From a virus (lineage: Duplodnaviria > Heunggongvirae > Uroviricota > Caudoviricetes): DNA of 21,584 nucleotides. Position 1 is the stretch's first letter. Each line of letters opens with the position of its first letter. The notes beneath the pieces were generated by a model. It had not been told where the DNA came from and made no database searches. It saw nothing but the letters and a program-made list of their open reading frames with translations. The stretch is from IMG/VR virus record IMGVR_UViG_2534682080_000009; one strand, given 5' to 3'. Positions 1 through 8,951 of the stretch are shown here, piece by piece. Made by a program: the position numbers and the translations under genes.

Positions 1-1283
1 TTACAGACTTCTGGAAGGTTGCGCAGCTCTTACAACACGCGGTTGATCTTCCGCAGCGTCTTCCAGCGCACTTAAATCACGGTCTTTCACCTCTGGCATT
101 TTCAGCGCAGAGATTAAACCAATCACTGAATATGCCATGATCATAATGGCGATCGGATACCAGGATTCCGTCATGGTGCAGAAAATACCCGCCAGGATAG
201 GACCAAAACCGGAAGCGATAAGACCACCAATTTCTTTAGAAATAGCCATCCGGGTAAAGCGGTTTTTACAGCCGAACATTTCTGCCATGGTAATGTTTTC
301 CAGAGCAAATAATCCCAGCACCGCACAGTTATGAATCACAATCAGTGCAACCATAATGGTGCTCGGGGCATAGCTTTTATCTACAATGATAGAAAGCATT
401 GGCCATGCCAGCACAATCGCGGAGGTATTCATAATAATATACGGGATCCGGCGACCAATTTTATCGGATAACCAACCAAGGAACGGAATGGTCATAAAGC
501 CGAGAATCGAACTGATCATCAATGCATCTGTTGGAATTGCTTTGTTAAACAATAACGTCTGCACTAAATAGCCTGCAAGGAAAGTCTGAATTAACCCGGA
601 GTTACCCGCCTGACCAAAACGCAGCCCTGTTGCCAGCCAGAAGGATTTGCTCTGGAACATGCTACCAGCAGGTGCAGGTTTTGCTGTCGGTTGGTTACTG
701 TCGTTAACCTTCTCAAAGACCGGGCTTTCTTTCAGATTCATACGCAACCAGATAGCAAAGACCATCACGACAACACTCGCCAGGAACGGTATACGCCATC
801 CCCACGCCAGCAGTTCCTCTTTACTGAGAATGAAGAACATAAAGGCCCAGATTGCCGTTGCGCTCAAGGTTCCGCAGTTAGTTCCCATAGCCACAAATGA
901 GGAGATAATTCCGCGCTTACCTTTTGGCGCATATTCCGCCAGCATCGTACCGGCACCGGAAATTTCCGCACCTGCACCCAACCCCTGAATAATACGCAAC
1001 GTCACCAGCAAGATGGGTGCAAAAACACCAATCTGTGCATAGGTCGGTAACACACCAATTAAGGTGGTACAGATCCCCATCATGGTGATGGTAATAAAGA
1101 GCACTTTTTACGCCCTATTCTGTCGCCCATTTTGCCGAAAATAAATGCTCCGACAATACGCGCCACATAACCTGCACCGTAGGTTCCCATTGCCAGAATT
1201 AACGCCATTGCCGTTGATGATTCAGGAAAAAATATTTCATGAAACACTAACGCTGCGCCGAGCGAATATAACTGGAAATCCAT
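1..1283 (-). CDS. ydfJ: MFS-family metabolite:H+ symporter (host gene); reading frame broken near 1105-1109, possible pseudogene or sequencing error
   Basis: Two overlapping minus-strand ORFs (1080..1283, 67 aa; 1..1104, 367 aa) together read as one MFS transporter. The N-terminal piece carries the MFS signature GKMGDRIGRKK and the rest is polytopic hydrophobic. The frame switches at an A5 run (minus strand) at 1105-1109. The stop codon is at 1-3. The ydfJ name is inferred from the ydfK-pin-tfa-stf neighbourhood known from the E. coli K-12 Qin region, and is not verified. Confidence 0.7.
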
Positions 1284-1887
1284 AATTCACAGGTGTTTTT
1301 TCCCATCCTGTGGTTTCCTTGGCGTTTTCTAGGTTTTTTCAGATAGTTGCATTTTTTTAAAAAGCATCCTAAGTTCGATCTCAGTGTCTATCTGGGGCCT
1401 ATTTCTGTCCCATATATGCCCCAAAAAAACTCCCCAACAGATAAGTAGTTTTTTCATGGATTTATGCGTAAAATCAAGAACGGCTGGAAATCATTCAATA
1501 CTCACACTATCGAAAAATTTACCAGCCAATCGCAGCACGTTCTTGCATAAGGCGTGTCTGCGGTTTTTCAACTATTCAGATACATCACTCCCATCACATT
1601 CATTCCTCCGCATCAAAGGCATATAGGCTATATCACCTTGATATTTTTCTTTTTCAGATAAAAACTGTTATCTATGTATACTTTTAAACCCAATCCGTGT
1701 AGAGTCTCTGCATAAGATAGTTTGCAGTTGCCGCTTCAGCTTGCGCCATAAACCGCCTGATTTTTGCTGCCACCTGTTAGCATTCCTGTATACCTGAAAC
1801 GACAATGTTTATCTACGAACTTTAAGAACACCCAAGATAAAAATTGTCAACTATATCATATATAACACATTACTAATTCGAGGCTAT

Positions 1888-2001
1888 ATGAACAGCATAC
1901 TGATAATCACATCTCTCCTTATCATATTCAGCATTTTTAGTCATGCCCTAATAAAATTAGGGATTGGCATATCCAATAACCCAGACAAAACCGATGTATA
2001 A
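1888..2001 (+). CDS. candidate small hydrophobic membrane peptide (37 aa), hypothetical
   Basis: ATG at 1888 preceded by GAGG (1880-1883), stop TAA at 1999-2001. Translation [37 protein letters not shown]: one predicted transmembrane helix plus a short polar tail. It is below the 60-aa cutoff of the ORF track. AT-rich context means a chance ORF is not excluded. Confidence 0.25.
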
Positions 2002-2069
2002 GTCAACATATCCTGAATCAGACATACAATATCGCAATGAAAATCAATAATATTTTAAGGAATATCTTC

Positions 2070-2303
2070 ATGAAATCAAAAGACACCCTAAAGTGGTTCC
2101 CTGCGCAGCTTCCTGAAGTAAGAATTATCCTAGGGGATGCTGTAGTGGAAGTAGCAAAACAGGGAAGACCTATCAATACCAGAACATTGCTTGATTACAT
2201 TGAAGGAAACATAAAGAAAAAATCATGGCTGGATAACAAAGAATTATTACAAACAGCGATATCAGTTCTTAAAGACAACCAAAATTTAAATGGTAAAATG
2301 TAA
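2070..2303 (+). CDS. ydfK: YdfK/YnaE-family small prophage protein (cold-shock-associated, function unknown)
   Basis: The ORF 2037..2303 contains MKSKDTLKWFPAQLPEVRIILGDAVVEVAKQGRPINTRTLLDYIEGNIKKKSWLDNKELLQTAISVLKDNQNLNGKM, recognised as the YdfK/YnaE family. The start at 2070 is preferred because AAGGA lies 9 nt upstream, whereas the ATG at 2037 has no Shine-Dalgarno. Confidence 0.8.
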   Translation: MKSKDTLKWFPAQLPEVRIILGDAVVEVAKQGRPINTRTLLDYIEGNIKKKSWLDNKELLQTAISVLKDNQNLNGKM

Positions 2304-2619
2304 TATAATAAACTTACTTTTTTATCATTTTTCCACTTTAACAACATTTTGCTCCACTTTTCCACGACCAAACAACTTGAAATCTGGTTAAAATAACACG
2401 CAACACTATTCTTCTTCCTTGAGTCCGCCCGGAACTCGAAAAACAAACCGAGTTAAAGCCATTTTTCACAAAATCGATTTTGGGTCTCACCAAAATTACG
2501 GGGTTGCATACGCATTCGTTTATTTTCGAACGTGTACATACAAATATGCACAAAAATAATCATAATTATTTTCTGAGATGCATTATGATATGAACACCAA
2601 TTTCGTATAGAGTCTCACT

Positions 2620-3210
2620 ATGTCTCAAATTTTTGCTTACTGTCGGATATCAACGCTGGATCAGACCACCGAAAATCAACGCCGGGAAATCGAAAGTGCA
2701 GGTTTTAAAATCAAACCTCAGCAAATAATCGAAGAACACATTAGCGGCTCAGCAGCAACCAGTGAGCGTCCTGGTTTTAACCGGTTGCTTGCTCGCCTGA
2801 AATGTGGTGATCAATTGATTGTGACAAAACTGGATCGCCTTGGTTGTAATGCAATGGATATCAGGAAAACAGTGGAACAACTGACCGAAACAGGTATCAG
2901 AGTGCATTGCTTAGCATTGGGGGGCATTGACCTGACCAGTCCAACAGGAAAAATGATGATGCAAGTAATTTCAGCAGTCGCTGAATTTGAACGAGACCTT
3001 TTACTTGAACGCACTCATTCCGGGATAGTAAGAGCCCGCGGCGCAGGGAAACGTTTTGGTCGACCACCTGTGTTAAATGAAGAACAGAAACAGGCGGTAT
3101 TCGAACGAATTAAGTCAGGTGTAAGTATAAGTGCCATTGCCCGGGAATTCAAAACCTCGCGGCAAACCATTTTAAGAGCCAAAGCAAAACTTCAGACACC
3201 TGACATATAA
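2620..3210 (+). CDS. pin: Pin/Gin/Hin-family serine site-specific DNA invertase
   Basis: 196-aa ORF with the serine-recombinase N-terminal catalytic region (YCRISTLDQ with the catalytic Ser, [13 protein letters not shown]) and a C-terminal helix-turn-helix ([17 protein letters not shown]). Recognised as close to the e14/Rac/Qin Pin proteins. Confidence 0.9.
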   Translation: MSQIFAYCRISTLDQTTENQRREIESAGFKIKPQQIIEEHISGSAATSERPGFNRLLARLKCGDQLIVTKLDRLGCNAMDIRKTVEQLTETGIRVHCLALGGIDLTSPTGKMMMQVISAVAEFERDLLLERTHSGIVRARGAGKRFGRPPVLNEEQKQAVFERIKSGVSISAIAREFKTSRQTILRAKAKLQTPDI

Positions 3211-3307
3211 AAAATAATCTCGGTGTGAGATGCTTTACGTCTTCCAAGCCCCCTTCCTTGCCGTAAATGGAAAGATACATCTAATTATAGAATTTATATG
3301 TTTTACC

Positions 3308-3883
3308 CTACGGCAGTGCTGGCCATTCAATATCCTGTGCAGTTGACGTATCAACACGGTTCAGCAATACCCGATACTTTTTCCATGCTTCCAGCAACGA
3401 GATTTCTTCCTCCGTTGCAATTTCCAGATCTGCAGCATCCTGAAGCGGCGCAATATGCTCACTGGCTACCTGCATCAGGTTGTTTTTTGTTTCTTCCGCC
3501 TCCCGGATCCGGAACAGTTTTTCTGCTTCCGTATCCTTCACCCAGGCTGTGCCGTTCCACTTCTGAAACTCCCCTTCCGGCGATAACCAGGTAACATTTT
3601 CCGGTAACGGACCGAGTTCAGAAATAAATAACGCGTCGCCGGAAGCCACGTCATAAACCGTTTTACCCCGATGATCTTCAACGAGATGCCACGATGACTC
3701 ATCACTGTTGAAAACAGCCACGAAGCCAGCCGGAATATCTGGCGGTGCAATATCGGTACTGTTTGCTGGCAGACCTGTATGAGGCGGAATATATGCATCA
3801 CCTTCACCAATAAATTCATTAGTTCCGGCCAGCAGATTATAAATTTTTATGGTCCGTGGTTGTTCACTCATTCTGAATGCCAT
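3308..3883 (-). CDS. tfa: tail fibre assembly protein (Tfa chaperone)
   Basis: 191-aa ORF directly downstream of the tail-fibre C-terminus on the same strand. Its ATG overlaps the stf stop as TAATG, with GAGG 8 nt upstream. Recognised as lambdoid Tfa from sequence and position. Confidence 0.85.
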
Positions 3884-4877
3884 TATGCAAGCCTCACAAT
3901 ATAGTTAAATGCGATGTTTTTGACGGTGTTTTCCGCGTTACCAGCAGCGTTAACGGTGATGGTGTGTCCATGTGAACCAATCGCAACGGAGTGCGTATGA
4001 GCACCAATACCGACAGTATGTGCATGTGCGCCTGCGCTTGCAGCAGTGCCGGACAGCGAGTGGGTATGAGCACCATCTGATGATGTCTTCCCTGCATTAC
4101 GAGTCTGGCCACTACCGCTTGTTGTGCTCATAATCCCCGCGCTTAGATTTGAAATCGCGGTATAACCATTAGGGAAAATGCTCGTGTTCGTGCCACCAAA
4201 TGCACCGGAACTCTTGTGTTGGTGCGCACCGGCACTATTTGCGGTCCCGCTAATACTATGGGTATGCGCCCCGGTGTTATTCGTGGATTTGGTTCCGTAA
4301 TCAAACGACGATGTGGTTTTCGTCCCCAAATCCGTACTGGATGCGCTGGCGCTGTGGGTGTGCGATTTAATGCCGTCCTGTTCCTGAGATAATACGGCCC
4401 GACCACTGGCGGGCTTGCCCTTAATCGTCCAGCCACGCATATCAGGGATCACGCCTGACGGATAAGCAACTGCAAGTTTCGGGTATGCAGATTTGTCAAA
4501 AGTCTGCCCCTGCATCAGGGCATAACCAGACGGAACGGTATCTGATGGCCACGGGATTGGTGCACCGACTGGATAAAACTCTGCAGGAGGATGAGCCGAG
4601 GTGTAAAGCTGCGCCCACGGCGACCAGTTTGCGTCGGTCGTATCCCGTCGTGAACGAATAAATGCCGGAGCATGAGCACCGCTTGTACCACTCCAGCCGA
4701 TGAGTAACTCACCTTCGCCAACGGCTGTCATCCCTTTCAGGTGAATGATATTTCCATACGCTGTTGGATATCCGTTGTTATACACCTCGTATAACTCAAG
4801 ACCTGCTGCCCCCTGCGTATTGTCTGTCAGCGCGGTTACCCGACCTTTTGAAGCCAGATTAACTGATGATACTGCTG
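3883..4877 (-). pseudogene. stf: side tail fibre protein Stf, C-terminal portion, separated from its N-terminal portion by IS3
   Basis: ORF 3883..4890 (the last 13 nt lie inside the IS3 end). The protein has Gly/Ser/Thr-rich repeats with GAHTHS/GAHAHT His motifs typical of phage distal tail-fibre tips. Its frame is continuous with the N-terminal part across the IS3 junction (codon phase checked by hand). Confidence 0.8.
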
Positions 4878-4907
4878 TGATCCTACCCACGTAATATGGA
4901 CACAGGC

Positions 4908-5774
4908 CTAAGCGAGGTTCTTGTTTTCAAATTGTTCCGGACTGAGGCCGCCACACCAACTGTGCCGCCGCCACCGATTGTAATCACATTCGATATAATT
5001 AAACACCGTTGCCCGCATTATTTCCCGGCTGATAAAGTGTTCTCCATGGATACATTCCACTTTCAGCGAATGAAAGAAGCTTTCCACGCAGGCATTATCG
5101 TAGCAGCAACCTTTTGCGCTCATACTTCCACGCAGATTATGCCGCTTCAGTTGCGCCTGATAATCTGCTGAACAGTACTGGCCTCCACGGTCCGTGTGAA
5201 CGATAACGTTCCGGGGCCTCTTACGCCGCCACAGCGCCATCTGCAGGGCATCGCAGGCCAGTTGCGCCGTCATGCGTGGCGACATTGACCAGCCAATAAC
5301 GGCACGTGACCACAGGTCAATGACCACTGCCAGATACAGCCAGCCTTCATCTGTACGTAAGTACGTGATGTCTCCTGCCCACTTCTGGTTCGGGCCACTG
5401 GCGTAAAAATCCTGCTCCAACAGATTTTCTGACACAGGCAGGCCGTGTGCGCGGTAGCTGACCGGGCTGAACTTCCGGGAGGCCTTTGCCCTCAGTCCCT
5501 GACGGCGCAGGCTTGCCGCCACGGTTTTTACGTTAAAGGGGTAACCCTGAGCACGCAGTTCATCCGTCAGGCGTGGGGCACCGTAACGCTGTTTTGACCG
5601 GGTAAAAGCCGCGAGGACAACGCTGTCGCAGTGTTGGCGGAACTGCTGACGCGTGCTTATCCTTGTCCGCCGCTGACACCACGTATACCAGCCGCTGCGG
5701 GCCACCCGGAGCACGCGGCACATTGCTTTGATGCTGAACTCAGCCTGATGTTTTTCAATAAAGACATACTTCAT
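4908..5774 (-). CDS. insF: IS3 transposase OrfB (integrase/DDE catalytic part, made as an OrfAB fusion by frameshifting)
   Basis: 288-aa ORF recognised as IS3 OrfB (DDE-type domain, e.g. WAGDITYL...HTDRGGQY). Its start overlaps the orfA stop as ATGA. Confidence 0.9.
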
Positions 5775-6070
5775 TTCAGGCGCTTCGCGAAGTATGTCGC
5801 GGCCTTTTGGAGGATAGCCAGCTCTTCATCCCGTTCTGCCAGCTGGCGTTTGAGACGTGCAATCTCGGTAGACATCTCCAGTTCACGTTCAGAAGACGTC
5901 TGCTGATTTTGCTGTTTACTGCGCCAGTTGTAGAGTTGTGATTCATACAGGCTGAGTTCACGGGCTGCGGCAGTAACACCGATGCGTTCAGCAAGCTTCA
6001 GGGCTTCACTGCGAAATTCAGGCGAATGCTGTTTACGGGGTTTTTTACTGGTTGATACTGTTTTTGTCAT
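5771..6070 (-). CDS. insE: IS3 transposase OrfA (HTH DNA-binding part)
   Basis: Translation [54 protein letters not shown]... recognised as IS3 OrfA. ATG at 6070. Confidence 0.9.
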
Positions 6071-6135
6071 GTGAGTCACCTCTGACTGAGAGTTTACTCA
6101 CTTAGCCGCGTGTCCACTATTGCTGGGTAAGATCA

Positions 6136-8218
6136 CTGTTCCACCTGACGGTAACGCCCCGATCTCTGATGCCGTTGGCTTATTTCTGGAGTTATAGTCC
6201 CTTCGCCAGCCAGGTGAATAATCTGTTCCGTGATTAATATAGGTAAACTGGGCGTTAGTTGTTCCACCACCAGTGGAGGTGGTCGGTGTGGTAATGCGGA
6301 TCGTCATCGCTGACTTTATCCCCATTACTTCAATGACAGCTCCGGCGAGATGAATATTACCGCAGTCAGTATCAGTAATGATTTTATTATTGCCATAAGA
6401 CCAGGAACCCTTGCACATCCAGTATGGATGGTTAAATGCTCCCTGAGAATCCAGCCACTCGATAAACTGTGCAGTCGTCCAGTTTCCTGTTGTTGTGCTT
6501 ACTGACCCACCGAAGGCACGGCAGGCACCAATATTTTTCGTAAAGGTATCTTTGCCAGGGATATCCGCACCGTTCTGATCTTTCTGCAGACGTTTCTCAG
6601 CATTGTCATTGGCTGCTTTTACTGCCTTTGGTGTCGCGGCAAGCGTTTCAGACGTGCTGTTGGTCGCGCTGCTTAGCTGGATTATCCCTTTCTGTGCTGT
6701 CGTTGCATCCTGTGCGGTGTATTTCCCGTTAGCCAGGTCATACGCGGCCTTAACGGCTTTTGGTGTTGCCGCCAGTGACTCGGAAGTGCTGTTAGTCGCA
6801 CTACTGAGCTGTACTATCCCCTTTTTCGTCGTGCTCGCATCCTCAAGCGCCACGGCGGATGCAATATCCTCTGCCCGTTTTGCTGCTGTCTCGGCGCGCG
6901 TTGCTGCGGATTCTGCCGTACTTTTGCTCTGAGCTGCCGCCGTCGCACTGCCAGCAGCCTCTGTCGCCTTCGTGGATGCCGTCGTGGCGCTGCTCTTCGC
7001 TGCTGACGCTTGTCTGGTCGCCTCATCTTTTGAAGCAGACGCCGATGATGCCGATGACGCCGCCGAACTGGCTGACGATGCGGCAGCCGTTTTTGAGGAT
7101 TCTGCGCTGGTTTCCGACGCTTTCGCGTTCGTTTCGGATGTCTTCGCTGCGGAAGCAGACCTCGCTGCTGCGCTGGCCTGTTCAGTGGCTTCGCCAGCCT
7201 TCGTTGTGGCTGTTGAAGCAGACGATGCAGCACTTTCTGCCGATTTTCCGGCGGCGGTGGCACTGGCTGAGGCCTGCCCGGCACTTGTTGACGCGGCACT
7301 GGCAGATAATGCAGCCGCTGTTTTTGAGTCTGCCGCAGCTGAGGCGCTCTGTCCCGCTGCCGTTTCAGAAGACCTGGCGTTCGTCTCGGACGTTTTTGCC
7401 GCCTTCGCAGAATTTGCTGCCGCCGTTGCCGAGGAAGCTGCGCTGCTGGCGCTCGAGGCTGCGTTCGTTTCTGATGATTTTGCCGCCTCTTTTGAAGCCG
7501 ACGCATCCCGGGCTGAGGTGGCAGCTTCTGACGCTTTCGTGGTCGCGGTGGATGCAGAAGTGGCTGCTGATTGTTGTGACGCTGCAGCATTCGTTTCTGA
7601 CGTTTTCGCGGCACTGGCACTGGTAGCTGCCGCGCTTTTTGAGGACTCTGCAGCGGCAGCACTTTTTGATGCTTCAGTGGCCTTTGTTGATGCCGTTCCT
7701 GCGCTGGAAGACGCTGACTGAGCCGACGAAGCGGCCTGTCCGGCTGACGTGCTGGCTGCGCGTGCTGAGCCTGCAGCATCAGTCGCATGGGTTGCCGCCT
7801 CACGGGCAGATGTGCCGGCATCGCCGGCTGACTTCTTCGCGGCTGCCGTGTTCTGTGCCACCGCGGACGCGTTACGCGCCACCTCTTCCACCATCAGTTC
7901 AAAACGGCGCAGAGCCTCCGGACGGGCATCATCCTCCGTCATGGCACCGAGAAAATCATTCAGCGTACCGGGTCGGGAATCTTCATACACGGTGATGGTC
8001 CCGGCATGTGACGGCGGGAATCCTTCCACCAACAGAATAACGCTGTACTGACCGTACTCAACGTCCATGCTGTAACGCCCGGCTTCATCCGGATTTTCTG
8101 AGGCCAGCGTGTTCACCACCACCGCGGTGCTGTTACGTTTTGCTTTCAGCTGGATTGTGCAGTTCTGTACCGGTTTTCCTGTGCCGTCTTTCAGTACACC
8201 TGAAATCTTTACTGCCAT
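6136..8218 (-). pseudogene. stf: side tail fibre protein Stf, N-terminal portion, truncated by the IS3 insertion
   Basis: ORF 6098..8224 reads MAVKISGVLKDGTGKPVQNCTIQLKA..., followed by a long Ala/Ser/Thr-rich low-complexity region and two KGI(V/I)QLSSATNSTSE(S/T)LAATPKAVKAA phage-fibre repeats. The ORF then runs 38 nt into the IS3 end before a stop. The likely start is the ATG at 8216-8218. Confidence 0.8.
6617..6832 (-). repeat. two ~75-bp imperfect direct repeats (period ~132 bp) inside stf, encoding the tail-fibre repeat motif
   Basis: DNA copies at about 6621-6694 and 6750-6828, encoding GI(I/V)QLSSATNSTSE(T/S)LAATPKA. Read directly from the sequence. Confidence 0.5.
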
Positions 8219-8228
8219 ATTCACCCCA

Positions 8229-8256
8229 CAAAAAAGCCCGCCTGAACAGGCGGGCT
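8229..8256 (-). terminator. putative intrinsic terminator downstream of lom
   Basis: Perfect 10-bp GC-rich inverted repeat AGCCCGCCTG/CAGGCGGGCT (8235-8244 and 8247-8256), followed on the minus strand by a run of six T (8235..8230). Confidence 0.5.
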
Positions 8257-8282
8257 GTCATAACACTGTGTTACCTGGCTAA

Positions 8283-8882
8283 TCAGAACTTATAACCGAC
8301 ACCCACGATGAAACCGTCAGTGCGCCAGTCGCCACTGCCGGAGCCTTCATAAGCAATATCAATGGCCACGGATTCGGTCGGGTTAAACTGCACGCCAGCT
8401 CCCCACGCCAGAGACGTGTTGCTGTGGCGACCGTCATCACTTCCGGTCAGCACGTCGTGCGTTTTCCCCTTGTTGTCAGTTACGCGGAGATAATCCCCGG
8501 AGAAAGTCGACACACGGCTGTAAGCCATACCCGCCATCGCATACGCGCTGAACCATTCATTCACGCGCACAGACGGCCCCACCATCACGCTGAACCAGCG
8601 GTTACGCACGGAATCTTCATGCCAGCGGGTATCGCTGTAACGGGTAAGCTGGCGATTCTTGTCTCCTGCATAGCTGAATGACGTCACCAGCCCCAGTGTG
8701 TCCGTAAACTCATAACGGTATTTCACGTTAATCCCGTTAAGATCATCGCTGCCGGGAACGTTCGTCGAGGCATGAAGATACCCCGCGCTCAGCGTGGACT
8801 GATGTTCAGATGCCCATGCAGGCGCACCGGATACGGCCAGACAAATGGCTGCGGACAAAATGGCGGCATAAAGTTTACGCAT
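8283..8882 (-). CDS. lom: Lom outer-membrane protein (Ail/Lom family beta-barrel, lysogenic-conversion moron)
   Basis: 199-aa ORF with a signal peptide ([24 protein letters not shown]) and a C-terminus ending [25 protein letters not shown], recognised as Lom. It sits between J and stf as in lambda. GAGAGG Shine-Dalgarno before the ATG. Confidence 0.85.
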
Positions 8883-8904
8883 AATTACCTCTCGCTTTTC
8901 TGCA

Positions 8905-8930
8905 ATAAAAAAGGCACCATTTCTGGTGCC
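8905..8930 (-). terminator. putative intrinsic terminator between J and lom
   Basis: 7-bp stem GGCACCA/TGGTGCC (8913-8919 and 8924-8930) with a 4-nt loop, followed on the minus strand by TTTTTTATT (8912..8905). Confidence 0.45.
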
Positions 8931-8951
8931 CTTATATGGGTTATAACAATT

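Larger units (their letters stand above)
4878..6135 (-). mobile_element. IS3 insertion sequence (IS3 family), complete, 1258 bp
   Basis: Terminal inverted repeats TGATCCTACCCACG... at 4878 and ...TGCTGGGTAAGATCA ending at 6135. Overlapping orfA/orfB arrangement inside. Length matches IS3 (1258 bp). Flanked by a CTG direct repeat at 4875-4877 and 6136-6138. Confidence 0.95.

Noticed and set aside
1384-1626. 80-aa plus-strand ORF in the ydfJ-ydfK intergenic region
   Set aside because: No Shine-Dalgarno, heterogeneous composition, and it overlaps the probable ydfJ promoter region. Not convincing as a gene.
2420-2450. Possible tRNA 3'-end remnant (GAGTCCGCCCGGAACTCGAA) that could mark an att site
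   Set aside because: I could not build a T-stem/acceptor-stem pairing or a CCA end on either strand.
2477-2496. Perfect dyad ATTTTGG-N6-CCAAAAT upstream of pin
   Set aside because: 7-bp arms with a free spacer are expected several times by chance in 21 kb. Arm orientation is opposite to the AAACC..GGTTT core of gix/hix sites. Kept only as a possible operator.
2195-2553. Minus-strand ORFs 2195..2446 and 2338..2553 overlapping ydfK and the ydfK-pin spacer
   Set aside because: No ribosome-binding site, odd composition, overlapping a better-supported gene. Likely spurious.
1696-2616. Imperfect direct repeat CGT(G/A)TAGAGTCTC at 1696-1708 and 2604-2616, the second overlapping the pin start
   Set aside because: A 12/13 match of a 13-mer between two ~1-kb AT-rich regions is about what chance predicts. 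No dyad symmetry or resemblance to Gin/Hin crossover sites.
6603-7995. Multiple overlapping ORFs in both strands within stf (e.g. 6814..7821 minus, 6859..7626 plus, 6972..7721 plus)
   Set aside because: They arise from the Ala/Ser-rich repeat region, whose GC-rich repetitive codons lack stops in several frames. Only the Stf frame gives a recognisable protein.
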